Below the pieces are notes generated by a model. The model made no database searches. It was given only the letters and a program-made list of their open reading frames with translations, and was not told the origin of the DNA. A DNA stretch of 64,000 bases from Octopus sinensis (lineage: Eukaryota), in contig NC_042997.1 of NCBI RefSeq assembly GCF_006345805.1, positions 42,036,001 to 42,100,000 of the forward strand. Direction: 5' to 3'. Positions 1 to 13,696 of this stretch are shown piece after piece (positions within the stretch are counted from its first letter, which is position 1; every line of letters starts with the position of its first letter). A program made the translations under genes and the position numbers.

Positions 1-16
1 CAGACAAACTGCCGTT

Positions 17-1500
<1,484 letters not shown>

Positions 1501-1564
<64 letters not shown>

Positions 1565-1569
1565 ATATA

Positions 1570-1618
<49 letters not shown>

Positions 1619-2298
1619 GAGAGAGACAGACAGACAAATTGATAGAAATATATACATATGTAATCTCTCTCTCTCTCTCTCTCTCTCCTGTCTCTCTGAA
1701 ATATATATTGTATGGTATATAAATATTTTATATACATAGCATATATAATATATACATATATTGACATTCTTTTTTCTTTCCCTTTTTATTCTGATTTTCT
1801 TAACGGCTTTTGTGACTCAATGAGAGGAAGTCTAGAACCTCAGTTTAAATCTAGTTTGTAACTGTCTTCCAACACTAATTCGTCTGTTTAACCCTAGAAG
1901 CTGCTTCCGCTAGAGCGAGAGCGAGAGCGAGAGAGAGAGAGAGATAAAGTGTGTGTGAGTAGAGATTTTCCAAATGGTATAACGGCTGTCTTAATAAACA
2001 GAATGCTACATATTCTGAGAAATAGTGGTTGGTATTGGGTGGAGAGGGGGGTTGGATAAATAACTACATTCGAAAATCCTTCAGTTTTGATTTACACTTA
2101 AACTTATCGGAGATTCTAAGTAGAAGCTTAGCGCCTGTCGCCTGTCGTTTGTCGGCCATAGCTCATTTATAAAAAAAAAGTTAAAAGTCTACAAATTCCA
2201 TATTAACACCACTAGAGAAGCGTTTTCTCTTCCGGAATAATTGCTAACTATTAAAGGTTACTCTGCTCATCTGCTCTTTCAGATAGGTTTCTTCTTAG

Positions 2299-2329
<31 letters not shown>

Positions 2330-2848
2330 ACACACACACACACAAATATACACATACAGATAAATACAGAGTCGTGTATATATATAAAAAAATAGATATA
2401 AAAATACAAAATGGGACAAGAACGCAAAACATTCAAATAGACGACACAAAAAAAAAAACGGACGGGTCATTCGAAGCCTCTAATCTTCAGTCAAGAACCG
2501 GATCATCCTCGCAATTTCGGCTGATTAATCTTGAGATCGCTCCGATCCGGCCAGCCCCAAAGAAAAACTAAGCTACGAGCATTAGATTTCTTAGAAAAAG
2601 AATCGAATGTATACGAAACAAGGACAGAAAAACGGACGATGCTACACGAATATAAATACAAAAAACAATAATAATAATAATAACAGGACAAAAACAACAG
2701 GTGTCTTTCGACTTTTGACAGTTCACCTTAGCTTAGCTGGCGTTTTTGGAAATCGATGTTGTCGTGGCGGTGCTCAGAAGCCGAGAGGCTGGTTGACCGG
2801 CGGTCACGTGAGAAGAGAAGAGAGAGAAAAAAGGGGCAAAGGAATCAA

Positions 2849-2880
<32 letters not shown>

Positions 2881-2973
2881 GGACAAAGGCACCAAAGAGA
2901 GGGGGAAGAGAGAGAAAGAAGGAATTAAGGAGGGTAGAAGAAAGAGAGCGTGCCAAGGATTGGCGGGGCAATA
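1501..2973. repeat. Unit 2 of the ~1.48-kb tandem duplication
   Basis: Near-identical to 17-1500. Confidence 0.95.
2400..2754 (-). mobile_element. Family P repeat copy inside duplication unit 2
   Basis: Near-identical to 930-1283. Confidence 0.6.
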
Positions 2974-3872
2974 TGTATATATATATATATAATATATATA
3001 TATATATACCCTTTACTTTTTTTTATCGCAGGCACGATACGCAGATATACGCAATTAGTTAAATATATCCACATATACCAACATAGAAAAAACTCATTCT
3101 AGTAAAAAATGGTATATGCTTATTATTAACATTATCAGATTCTGTCAGCCACACACAACACACACACACACTAGTAAATTTAAGAGAATATATTTGTCAA
3201 AAATGTTTGGTCGCATGCATGACCATGTAATTAAGATATGGTTACAGATTAGTCTCGTCTCATGGAATCTTGTACAGATGTCTTCCAACATCGCCTCGGG
3301 TCGGCCTAAGCCTTGTGGGTAAATTATATCTATTCATGTGTGTAGATCTCATTCGTCGTTTGGTTTAGCACCACCACCTAACCTTCAGGCACCTTTAGTA
3401 GAGACCACTCTCTTGTGCTCTTGACGATAGTTTATATATCTTGATGTGTTACTTTCTACTTCAGCAACTTGACGGAAAATTGTAAGAGTAATTAGAGCGT
3501 TAGGTAGGATACACTGCGGCATTCGTTCCGGCTCTCAGTGCTCAGAGTTCAAATCTTATCGTGGTCAACTTCGCCATATTATCCGTTCGGAGTTGATAAA
3601 TACAGTACCAGTCCAGGACTGTGTCGATTCTTTTCTTTCTCTTTCTACCTCTGTGTTTCTCCTTCTATTTTTCTCTCTTTGGAAGATACTGGTTGTGGTC
3701 AAATGTTGAGAGGAATGGGCTCTGTCGGATTCTAAAAGGCTCAAGACATGCAATAAGCCGTAGAACATGATGGCACCCTGCGACCACATCAGGAGCTGAG
3801 GGCTCGAGCCAAGGCAAAGCAAAGCAAGCCCAGAAGAGGTCCTGGACGATGCCCTTCGTCATCTGTCTAACC

Positions 3873-5089
3873 TCTTGGTTCCTAAACTGGGGTCCGCGAA
3901 GGTGTTGCTAATTTTCGGATTTTTAATGTTCAAACCCTAGGTTTTCTGGTTTTAGCTGAAACTGGAACCATTGAACATGCACTACACAGAACCCCTAATT
4001 TACGTGTTTTAAAAAACAAGCATTGATGGTTAAAATAAGGCCTGACCATTTGAAGAATGTTTTGAAAGATGTGGTCGAAACGGTAAATTTTATCAAAGCC
4101 AGTTCTCTAAACTCGCGTCATTTTGCTGACTTGTGCAAGGACAATGGCTCCGATTTTGAAACACTTTTACTGTACTCGCATGTGAGGTGGTTATCCAAGG
4201 GGAGAATACTGAAAAGTCTTCGTTCTACGAAAGGAGATACACGAATTTCTTCGTAGTGGTAAAAAAGAACTGCATTAACAATTCTCCAATACTCGGTCCC
4301 TTATATGTCTCTCCTTTTTGGTCGACATTTTTGAATCAATTAATTCTGTTAACTTAGCATTACAAGGAAAGGACATCACCGTTGTCCACTCTCATGAAAA
4401 AATGACTGCATTTAAAATGAAGCTTTGTTTGTGGCATTCAAAATTGGAATGTGAGAATTTTGCACCATTTCCGAGCTTCAATACTTTCCTTGACATAATG
4501 AAATAGCATGTCTTAATTATTCGCGCTGAAATTCAAAGATACTTCTCCGACCTACAAAACTTCGAATAGTTCATCATTTCATCCTCAATCCCTTTGCAAT
4601 CTCTGTTGTTGACCTTCCGTCAGAAGATTACATCATTCAAGAACAGTTCATCGACTTGCTGAATGATGGAGGTACAAAAAACGCCTTCCGTAACATGTGT
4701 TGTGTGAATTCTGGATTGAAATGACGCAGTCCTATCCGGATGTCACCAAATTGGCCCTCAAATTCATCGTTCCGTTCACAACACTGTACGAATGTGAGAT
4801 GGATTTTGCGACTTTACTCACAATTAAAACAAAGGCTCGTAATAAATTGGGTGTTGCGCATGGCATTAGGGTTGCATTATCAAAAACGCAGCCTGATTTG
4901 GGGGACTATTACAGACCAAACATCCCTCTCATTGAAATTTTTTTTTTTATCAGTAAATTTTATCTCATGAAAAATTACTTTATACAAGGTCATTTTGCTT
5001 TGTTCGTCTTTGATTTTTTTTCATTTTAAGGCAGGGATGAGGGTCTGCGAAGCCGCGACGAAAATTTTGAAAAAATTTGGGAACCAAAG
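3873..5089 (+). mobile_element. Deleted hAT (Charlie/Buster-like) DNA transposon
   Basis: Imperfect TIRs TCTTGGTTCCTAAACT / AATTTGGGAACCAAAG; identical 8-bp TSD GTCTAACC at 3865-3872 and 5090-5097; transposase remnants inside. Confidence 0.9.
4026..4900 (+). pseudogene. Frameshifted hAT transposase remnant (C-terminal half)
   Basis: VVETVNFIKASSLNSRHF, LLYSHVRWLSKGRIL, LNLxLQG-like VNLALQGKD, and dimerisation-domain-like FWIEM...PFTTLYECEMDFATLLTIKTKARNKL across three frames. Confidence 0.85.
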
Positions 5090-5344
5090 GTCTAACCAAT
5101 AAAAACGGCATATCTTGTATTTTTTATCTTTTACTTGTCATTGAACTGCGGTTATGCTAGGGAACCTCTTGAAGAGCTTCAGCGAAGAAATCAACCACAA
5201 TACTTATTTTTTAACGCCAGTAACTTATACTATCGGTTCTCTTTCGCCGAGCCGTTAATGTTATGGGGACGTAAACAAACCAATACCGGATGTCAAGCGA
5301 TGAGAAGAAACAAACACAAACAGAAACATACACATTTTCATTAA

Positions 5345-5420
5345 TATTTAGAAGAAGCAACAGAGTGATTCAAGGTCCGAGAGTTTCGTGCGTTGCCATA
5401 TATAGTTTCGTGCGTTGAGA
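5345..5420. repeat. Half copy of the fold-back family seen complete at 62782-62921
   Basis: ACAGAGTGATTCAAGGTCCGAGAGTTTCGTGCGTTG matches the left arm at 62802-62837. Confidence 0.75.
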
Positions 5421-5641
5421 ACATAATCTTTTGTGGAGAATGGCGATTTGACGTCTATATCTAGCATGTTGACTGTCCACTTTTCGTGTTCAGTCCTTAA
5501 TTGGTATATATAAATATTTTAATCTTCGGATTCTTTTTTATATGCTAGACCACTGGTTTTAATTGATAAATATCAATTCTACCCTTAATTATATATATAT
5601 ATATATATATAATATATATATATATATATTATATATATATA

Positions 5642-5760
5642 TGACGGCTTTCACAGTTTTCGTCAACTGAATTCACTCACAAGACATAATTTGGCTCGGG
5701 GTATAGCAGGTGGCGCAAAGTGGGACTGAATCCGAAATCACGTGCTGCCAAGTTAGCTTC
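5642..5760 (-). mobile_element. Degenerate SINE family D (tRNA head plus CORE-like domain), partial
   Basis: Similar to 46835-47000. Confidence 0.6.
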
Positions 5761-6188
5761 TATGCGATTCATAACTCTGGCGCATTTCATTAAAGCTGTT
5801 TTGCTTTGTGCATGTTGTCGTTCTGTTGTGACTAAATACAGTAAAAGCCGTTTCACAACGGTTTTATAATTGAAAACGTAATAAAGCAGCTGAGCTTTCA
5901 TTTCTCTTTTTCTTTCTTAGATTTTTTTTTTAACAACAGAAAATCTGTACCAGACGCAACTGACTCGAGTCATTATAAATAAATAAACACAAATTCTTAG
6001 ATATAATCTCCCGTTTTGTCTAATGTTCATTTTCTGATACGAATGGGATAAGAAAGAACAAATATTATCCTTGTATGTAAAACAATTGCAAAACACTTGA
6101 TGCCGAGGCAGACTGTTATCATCCTCATCATCATCATCATCATCATCGTCGTCGTCGTCGTCGTCGTCATCATCATCATCATCATCAT

Positions 6189-6410
6189 GGCGGCGTACTG
6201 GCAGAATCGTTAACATGCCGGACAAAATGCTTACAAGTATTTCATCCGTCTTTATGTTCTGAGTTCAAATTCCGCCGAGATCGACTTTGCCTTTCATACT
6301 TTCGGGGGTGGATAAATGAAGTACCAGTGAAACACTGCGGTCGATGTAATCGACTAATCTCCTCCCCACAAATTTGAGGCCTTGTGCCTCCAGTGGAAAG
6401 GATGGTTATT
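6189..6410 (+). mobile_element. SINE family C (tRNA-like head)
   Basis: GGCGGCG...TGGCAGAATCGTTA A-box region, GAGTTCAAATTCC B-box, GCCTTTCAT...GATAAA...GTACCAG body; more than 15 copies in the window. Confidence 0.85.
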
Positions 6411-6589
6411 ATTATACTTCTATAATGATAAATGCCAAAACGAATTTCTGTGTATCAGTGTGTCACACTTTGATCCCCTTCTTTCACTATTCAATGACAC
6501 TTCCACTATTCCTCGTAATGGAGTGAGAGTAATTGTAGGCATAAAGACGGTTGTAGATTAACGGTTGTGATGGTAATGGAGTGATAGTA

Positions 6590-6719
6590 GAGTTAACTGG
6601 AGCAACGTGAAATAAAATGTCTTACTCAAGAACACAACAGGCAGCCCCGTCCGGGAATCGAACTCTCAATCTCACGATCGTAAGCTCGACGCTCTAACCA
6701 CTGAGCCATGCGCCTTCAC
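6590..6719 (-). mobile_element. SINE family B, 5' part
   Basis: Matches 19610-19738 and 38900-39025. Confidence 0.8.
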
Positions 6720-6910
6720 CATACATATATATTCATACATACATATATATACACATATATATATATACATATACATACATAAATATACATAGATATACAT
6801 ATATACACATATATGCATATATATACATATAAATACATATATACATATACGTATATATATACACATATATATATACATATATATGTACATATATATACAT
6901 ATAAATGTAC

Positions 6911-6941
<31 letters not shown>

Positions 6942-7048
6942 TATATACATATATATGTACATATATATATATACATATATATATACATATATATGTACAT
7001 ATATATACATATATATATACACACACATATATATACATATAAATGTAC

Positions 7049-7079
<31 letters not shown>

Positions 7080-7118
7080 TATATACATATATATGTACAT
7101 ATATATACATATATATAT

Positions 7119-7155
<37 letters not shown>

Positions 7156-7260
7156 CACGCACACATATATGTATGCATAAACACATACATACATACATAC
7201 ATACATACATACGTACCTAGGTACACACATACCACAAACATACACATAAATATATACGAA
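6720..7260. repeat. Compound (TA)n/(TACA)n microsatellite
   Basis: Directly visible; source of the spurious YIYI/MYMY ORFs. Confidence 0.95.
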
Positions 7261-7854
7261 AACACATACAATTTCCTCCCACATACATATCAAGACTGAA
7301 GAAAGGGTCTCTTGTTCCGTCCCCTTTTCTCTCTTGACTCAGCCTCTCCATCTCCTTCCTGCATGCAGTATTTCGCAGCTGACTGCTCCTTATCTAAGGC
7401 ATGTTTGTTCTCTCGATTTATTACTGACAGTCTGAGAGATCAGACGTTTAACGATTGACTCTAACCAATTCTGAAATTCGGAAGTTTCTCAGACGAATTA
7501 CCCCGACGCACATCCACGTTTAGGCCATTCCGATATTAACTTTCACAATACGGATACGGTTGCTGTAGTGGTGGTGGCAGTGTTAGTAGTGGTGATGATG
7601 GTGGAGTGGTGAGATAAACCTATGAACATTAAAGAAAGACCCACGGCAGAAAACAAAACGATAGTAAAACAAGGGAGGTCTAAGGGATAATAATTATTGT
7701 GTCTAACAGAGGTGCTAGGTTTCAAATTTAAGGGAGCGGTTAGACGATTAAATTGACCCCGTTACTTGACTGATACTCTATTTTTCCGGTTCCGGAAGGA
7801 TAAAAGGCGATGCTGACTTCGATGAGATATAACATCAGAATGTAAAGATAGACA

Positions 7855-8369
7855 CATCATCATCATCATTTAACGTCCATTTTCCGTGCTAGCACGGGTT
7901 GGACGGTTCGACCGGGATCTGGGAAGCCAGGAGGCTACACCAGGCTCCAGTCTGATCTGGCAGTGTTTCTACAGCTGGATGCCCTTCCTAACGCCAACCA
8001 CTCCATGAGTGTAGTGGGTGCTTTTTACGTGCCACCGGCACAGGTGCCAGGGGAGGCACAGGTGCCAGGGCAGCGTCCACGATCGGTTGGTGCTTTTTTC
8101 ATGCCACAGGCACAGAAGCCAGTCAAGGCGGCGTTGGCATCGGCCACGTTCGGATGGTGCTTTTTACGTGCCACCGGCACAGGTATCACAACTACAATTT
8201 CCATTTGATATTTATTTTGATGTCGATGTACTTGACTCAATAGGTCTCCTCAAGCACAGCAGGTCACGTGCCACCGACACAGAAGCCAGTCAAGGCGGCG
8301 CTGGCATCGGCCTCGTTCGGATGGCGCTTTTTAGGTACACAGGTATCACAACTACAATTTCCATTTGAT
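7855..8369 (-). mobile_element. 5'-truncated 3'UTR copy of the RTE-type LINE at 24024-26756
   Basis: Reverse complement of 26340-26756, including the GGCACGTAAAAAGCACC sub-repeats and (GAT)n tail; internal partial duplication at ~8260-8369. Confidence 0.85.
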
Positions 8370-8618
8370 ATTATTATTATTATTATTATTTGAAGAAGAA
8401 GAAGAAGAAGAAAGAAGAAGAAGAAGAAGAAGAAGAAGAAGAAGAAGAAGAGAAGAAGAAGAAGAATAGCAGCAACAACAAGCCGAAGTAAATGGTGGAA
8501 AGAGAACTAGATTAAAGTTTACGCAATGAGTGAAATTTTAAACAGCTATGGCACCTTTTGAGTGTCAATATTAACTGAAGGTCGTCTTTTAATAGTGGTT
8601 TTCAAAGTCCAGCAAGCT

Positions 8619-8797
8619 CGGGGAGGGGATAAGTGGATGTAATTGACACCAGTGTTCAATTGGTTCTTGTTTTATCGGCCCCGAAAGATGAAAGGCAAAG
8701 TCGACCTCGGCAGAATTTGAACCAAGAACGTGAAGACGGATGAAGTGCCGTTAAGTATTTTGTCCGGCATGCTAACGATTCTTCCAGCTTGCTGCCT
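8619..8797 (-). mobile_element. SINE family C, diverged
   Basis: GAAAGGCAAAGTCGACCTCGGCAGAATTTGAAC matches the family C reverse complement. Confidence 0.75.
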
Positions 8798-9230
8798 TAC
8801 CGATTGTTGATATTAAAAGTAACTGAAAGAATGTTCAATATAAGAAACAATATAAACAAGTATATCCAATGAATGAGAATATTTTACTTTTCAGATAAAT
8901 AAGTTCTAAGATATTTCATTTGAACAGTTCAGACTCTGTAATTATATTTAATCTATTATATTTGTACATTTGATTACTATATATAGAGGCGACATCCTTA
9001 TCGGGCTTTATGTTAATATCAATGACTTGTCTTAACTGTAGTGGATTATGTAACAATCTCTGGTCCCTTCGGATTGACGGAATCCTTAGTTTGCCTGTTC
9101 TGATAACATTTAAATGTATGTATGTATGTATGTATGTATGTATGTATGTATGTATGTACTCGCTATGGGCTCCGTGTGGGCAGGCATCTAAAAATTTTTG
9201 TGCATCTTGATGCTGACATAAGTTCCTTAC

Positions 9231-9313
9231 TTTTCCTGATGAGAAGGCGGCATAATGCACCCCTTATTCCTTCGAAATTAGGAATATGCAGCCTTCGAAA
9301 CATATGTCGAAAA
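9231..9313 (+). ncRNA. Type I hammerhead ribozyme with intact core
   Basis: Helix I TTTTC(9231-35)/GAAAA(9309-13); CTGATGA 9236-42; helix II GAAGGC(9243-48)/GCCTTC(9291-96), extended by GCATA/TATGC; GAAA 9297-9300; helix III C-ATAT-G; GTC cleavage triplet 9306-08. Confidence 0.85.
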
Positions 9314-9362
9314 TAAAATAAAGGAATTTTGTTAATTCGTCGCTCAACTCCATTCTTTCATT

Positions 9363-9394
<32 letters not shown>

Positions 9395-9763
9395 TTATGT
9401 ATGTATGTATGTATGTATGTATGTATGTATGTAGGTATGTATGTATAAGTAGTTGTACACTGTCAACTTAATGTGACAGTCCCATGAAGGGAATCATACT
9501 ACTGCTATTGTATGTATGTATGTGTATGTGTGTATGCATGCGCGTGCGTGTATATGTGTTTCTGTGTGTGTGTGTGTGTGTCTTTGTGTTTGTCCCCCAC
9601 CACAACTTGATAAGCGGTGTTGGTTTGTATATGTCCCCCTACATATGTGTTAATGATTATCTTGACTCTGCTACGATATTAGATTAAGTCTCTTGACAAA
9701 CTCATACAACCCGAAGATTTACCAATTTAAAATCTGAATTAACTAAATAAAAAAAAGATTATT

Positions 9764-9932
9764 GGCGCATGCATGGCTGTGTGGTTAAGAAACTCGCTTT
9801 GCAACGACGTAGTTTCGGGTTCAGTCCCACTGTGCGGCAAGTGTCTTCTACTAAAATCTTGGGCCAACCAGTGCCTTGCGAGTGAATTTAGAACAATGTG
9901 GAAGCCATTCTTATACACATACGCACACGCAA

Positions 9933-9965
<33 letters not shown>

Positions 9966-10001
9966 TGTGTGTGTGTGTGTGCGCGTATGTGCGTGTGTGC
10001 G

Positions 10002-10066
<65 letters not shown>

Positions 10067-10290
10067 GTGTCTGTTTTACCCTACTATTACTTGACATCTG
10101 GTGCTGGTTTATATATGTCCTTGTAAGCTATCGGTTCGGCAAATAAAAAAGAAAAAACAAAAGAAAAAACCTCAGATAAAGTAAGTACCAGATTTATGAA
10201 AAAATACTGGTGGCGATTTGACCGACTAAAGCCTTGAAGTCGTTGCCACAGCATGGCCGTAGTCCAATGAGTGAAATATGAAAAAGGAAA
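9764..10290 (+). mobile_element. Full-length diverged SINE family D with an expanded internal (TATG)n(TG)n tract
   Basis: Head and CORE-like part 9764-9920, microsatellite ~9935-10070, 3' body matching 46575-46790 in reverse. Confidence 0.75.
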
Positions 10291-11644
10291 AAGGACAACC
10301 AAATAAATAAACAAAAATGTTTAGTTTAAAATCAAATCCCAAAGCCCCTTTCATCTTTTTCTTTCATAGAGCAGCGAAATGCAAACAAACGTTAGAATTA
10401 CGACACTCATTCCCCAGTGAAAATCATGAATGTCATACCATTTGTCTCCGACTTCAAAATTTTGAGAACTTTTTGTCTAGTCAGTTAAAAAAAAGCAAAA
10501 GAAAAACAACATCGAAACAGAGAAAGAAAAATAAATACTATGATAAGTAAAGAACAGAAGTCTGTCACTGAATGCCCTCTTTTCCTCCTCAGAAATATGT
10601 CACTGGTTCCCCTATCACCCAGTTTTTCTTACTAGTTGTACACCCTTCTTCTAGCTTATAAGCTACATTTATATAATAACGGTTTTTAGATTATTCTTTT
10701 TGTCAAGCATACTTTTATTGCTTTTAAAACATTGGTGGAGGCAATTTTAACGGAAATAATGCACACGCATACACATATATTTGTGTATTTGTGCATGTGT
10801 ATTTGTGTGTGTGTGTGTGATTGTGTGTGTGCATCCGTATAAATGAATGTATGCATACATATAATCTATCTATATATATAAAATCTACATTAAAAATCTG
10901 CGTGACTAAGTGTTTCTTGGCACTGTTTTTGAGATGAGAGAAAGTGTTTTTTGCTTGTGTGTATGCATGTGTGGAGAAAGAGAGAATGAGAGAGAGTGAG
11001 AGAATGAGAGAGAGAGAGAGAGACAGAAAGAGAGGATGCTCTTGTGTATGTCTGTCAACAACTTACAATTAAAGAGAGAAAAATGTGAGACAATACAATG
11101 TCAGAAGAAAAAAAAATACAGGATAAAAGAAACAGATAGAATCAAGCCACATATTACTGGATGGCTTTTTTACTTTTACTCTTTTCATTCAGCTGAGCAG
11201 TTTTTTCTTGTGTAACCGCTTCGTAGGAGCAGACGACCCAAGGTCCTACACGTGGGATTACCATTAATATTATAAAGTTTATAGTTAAGCTATTTCTCAT
11301 ATTGTTGATGATCATAGTGAGTTTTGAAAGGCAACGACGGAGTGTGTTTGCGAAAAGCCTGTTAAAATAATCACCATAAATTTGGATCAAATTCTTTCTC
11401 TTCGATATCATATCTTGTAACCCTTCCAAAGTATCATGTGGTTGTTATTGCTGCTATTGTTGTTTTTATTATTCAGTGGCGGGTGGAGAACATTTCTGTC
11501 TTAATGGACACATTTCTGAGATAATGGAAGTTTGCGACGAGTTACTTACAGCAGATGTCGTAGCCGTATCATAGACGAAGCGGAGTTCATATTGTTATAC
11601 TTGCTTATTCAAGTTATTTAGAAAATGTGTTCATATAGTATAAT

Positions 11645-12027
11645 GGAGGCGCAATGGCCTAGAGGTTACGGCAGCGGACTCGCGGTCATAGGATCGCGGT
11701 TTCGATTCCCAGACCGAGCGTTGTGAGTGTTTATTGAGCGAAAACACCTAAAGCTCCACGAGGCTCCGGCAGGGGATGGTGGTGATCCCTGCTGTACTCT
11801 TTCACCACAACTTTCTCTCACTCTTACTTCCTGCTTCTGTTGTACCTGTACTTCAAAGGGCCGGCCTTGTCACTCTCTGTGTCACACTGAATATCCCCGA
11901 AAACTACGTTAAGGGTACACGTGTCTGTGGAGTGCTCAGCCACTTACACGTTAATTTCACGAGCAGGCTGTTCCGTTGATTCGGATCAACTGGAACCCTC
12001 ATCGTCGTAACCGACGGAGTGCTAAAG
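11645..12027 (+). mobile_element. Young SINE family A (tRNA head)
   Basis: A-box TGGCCTAGAGG, B-box GGTTTCGATTCC; TSD ATAGTATAAT at 11635-44 and 12028-37. Confidence 0.92.
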
Positions 12028-12043
12028 ATAGTATAATACAAGG

Positions 12044-12455
12044 AGTTGTTGTTGTTGGCATCCTTTTGTCTCGGGAGTCAATGGAGTTACGCATAAACTA
12101 ATCCAGTCTGGTATTTACATTTCATGTCTTCCCCAGTTTCCTCTCCAGTTTTGCGCAGGCCTGGGTTAGGTGTAAGAAAATCCTGGGTAGCCCAATCGTC
12201 AGGATTCCTCTCTCGGCCTTGCTGATGTAGTCCAAAGGAGTGCAGAGCATTACGTTTGGTATCAGCTTGGTTGCAGGAACTGCCGGAAGAGTGTCAAGTT
12301 GAACACTAAACCGGTTACGGGGCTCCACTCCGGATTTCTTTGAAGGTTGTCTCTTTTCCGTAACCCTGGATAGGGTCCCATACCGGATACTGTCAGCCGG
12401 AGCCAGCTGAGCCCGAGACTCGTGTCAGGCAGGGTCATCACTCCCTGAAGTAGTA
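12044..12455 (-). mobile_element. Non-autonomous RTE-derived element (5'UTR-like segment fused to a (CAA)n tail)
   Basis: (GTT)n tail at 12044-12056; CTGATGTAGTCCAAAGGAGTGCAGAG-type segment resembling RTE/BovB 5'UTRs as I recall them, and homologous to the 3' half of SINE B. Confidence 0.55.
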
Positions 12456-13404
12456 AAGAAAATCGCTACCCACTACACACACACACTCACACACACATAT
12501 ATATATATACACACACACAAACACCTGTACACGTGAGTAAATATGTGTGTATATATGTATGTATACCAGGAGTTTATGTCAGGTCACTTTCGAGTGCTAC
12601 TGGTAACATGAAACCCATTACAACCTGTTGCATGGTCGGGTCGTCGGCGACTAAACCGGCAACTCCACCAAGCTTGCTTGGTGAGGAGGGTGTTTATTGG
12701 CCACCCTGCGGGATGAAAAACAAAACCCGTCAAAGGGCGGAGGAACTCTTGAGAGTCAACGGCCATCCAATAAATGTCTTAAGGATGCATCATGCGCGGG
12801 GACATAGAAATAATCGGACTGAATACCCGATTGCGCGGTTAAACCATTGGGAGTGAAGGACTCCTAGCCTTTGTTAGGCCGTCCTTCTAGAAGATGGTAA
12901 CTCATGCAACTGGGATAACTCCGACATAAAACCTGCGGCTCAGTGGTTACCGATGATGTTGACTTGTTCTTCTTTTCGGATTATGGCTGCTGTTGCTTAG
13001 TGAGTGGGATTGACTCAGTGCACAGCCTTTCCTCACTTTAAAAAAAAATCTTCTTGCACAGGCATTGCATGATAACAACATTGATTAAACTTCGCGTAAT
13101 GGCCATACTCGATAACGAGGAGGCAGCCACCATACCAGGAGTAGAAGTCGATAATTAGCATTTCATTACATTTGGGATAAGTTTACAATACTGTATTGTA
13201 GAAGATTCAATGAACTGAATCGACTACAGTGTTTTATTAAACTCGGGAATGATGAAAGACAAAAGCCAAAGTCGACTTCTGCAGAAGGGATGAATTAAAT
13301 TAAATATTAAGATATTTAGCCCAATACTCAATCGTTTTTGTCATTGTTCGACATCATATCCTACTTTGTGTATTAGCTTTTTTTATCCAAGTAAGCTCTG
13401 ACTG

Positions 13405-13696
13405 TGTGGAGGCGCAATGGCCCAGTGGTTAGGGCAGCGGCCTTGCGGTCGGAGGATCGCGGTTTCGATTCCCAGACCGGGCGAAAACACCTCAAAGCTC
13501 CACGAGGCTCCGGCAAGGGGTGGTGGCAACCCCTGTTGTACTCTTTCGCTACAACTTTCACTCTCTCTTCCTGTTTCTTGAGTAACGCTGCGATGGACTG
13601 GCTTCCCGTCCAGCTGGGGAGAACACATACGCCACAGAAACCGGGAAACCGGGCCCATGAGCCTGACTAGGCTTGAAAAGGGCGACGTTTTTTTTA
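13405..13696 (+). mobile_element. SINE with the family A head but a different body (Meta/V-domain-like)
   Basis: TSD AAGCTCTGACTG at 13393-404 and 13697-708; body GTAACGCTGCGATGGACTGGC...TCCAG...ACAGAAACCGGGA. Confidence 0.85.

Noticed and set aside
11180-11420. Possible host exon after a polypyrimidine tract and CAG
   Set aside because: All three forward frames hit stops quickly, there is no good donor site, and no recognisable protein.
11645-11720. tRNA genes at the SINE heads (also 19660-19738 and 31120-31190)
   Set aside because: A and B boxes are present but there is no complete cloverleaf, and they continue into SINE bodies.
11776-11979. 67-aa ORF MVVIPAVLFHH... open in all five SINE A copies
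   Set aside because: It is explained by recent copying. The differences visible between copies change amino acids (A/V, L/F, R/G, V/I, P/L, R/C), with no sign of purifying selection.
12560-12960. Possible LINE 5'UTR fragment (similar motif at 40170-40225)
   Set aside because: Only a short CCTTCTAGAAGA...AAAACC resemblance; boundaries cannot be defined.
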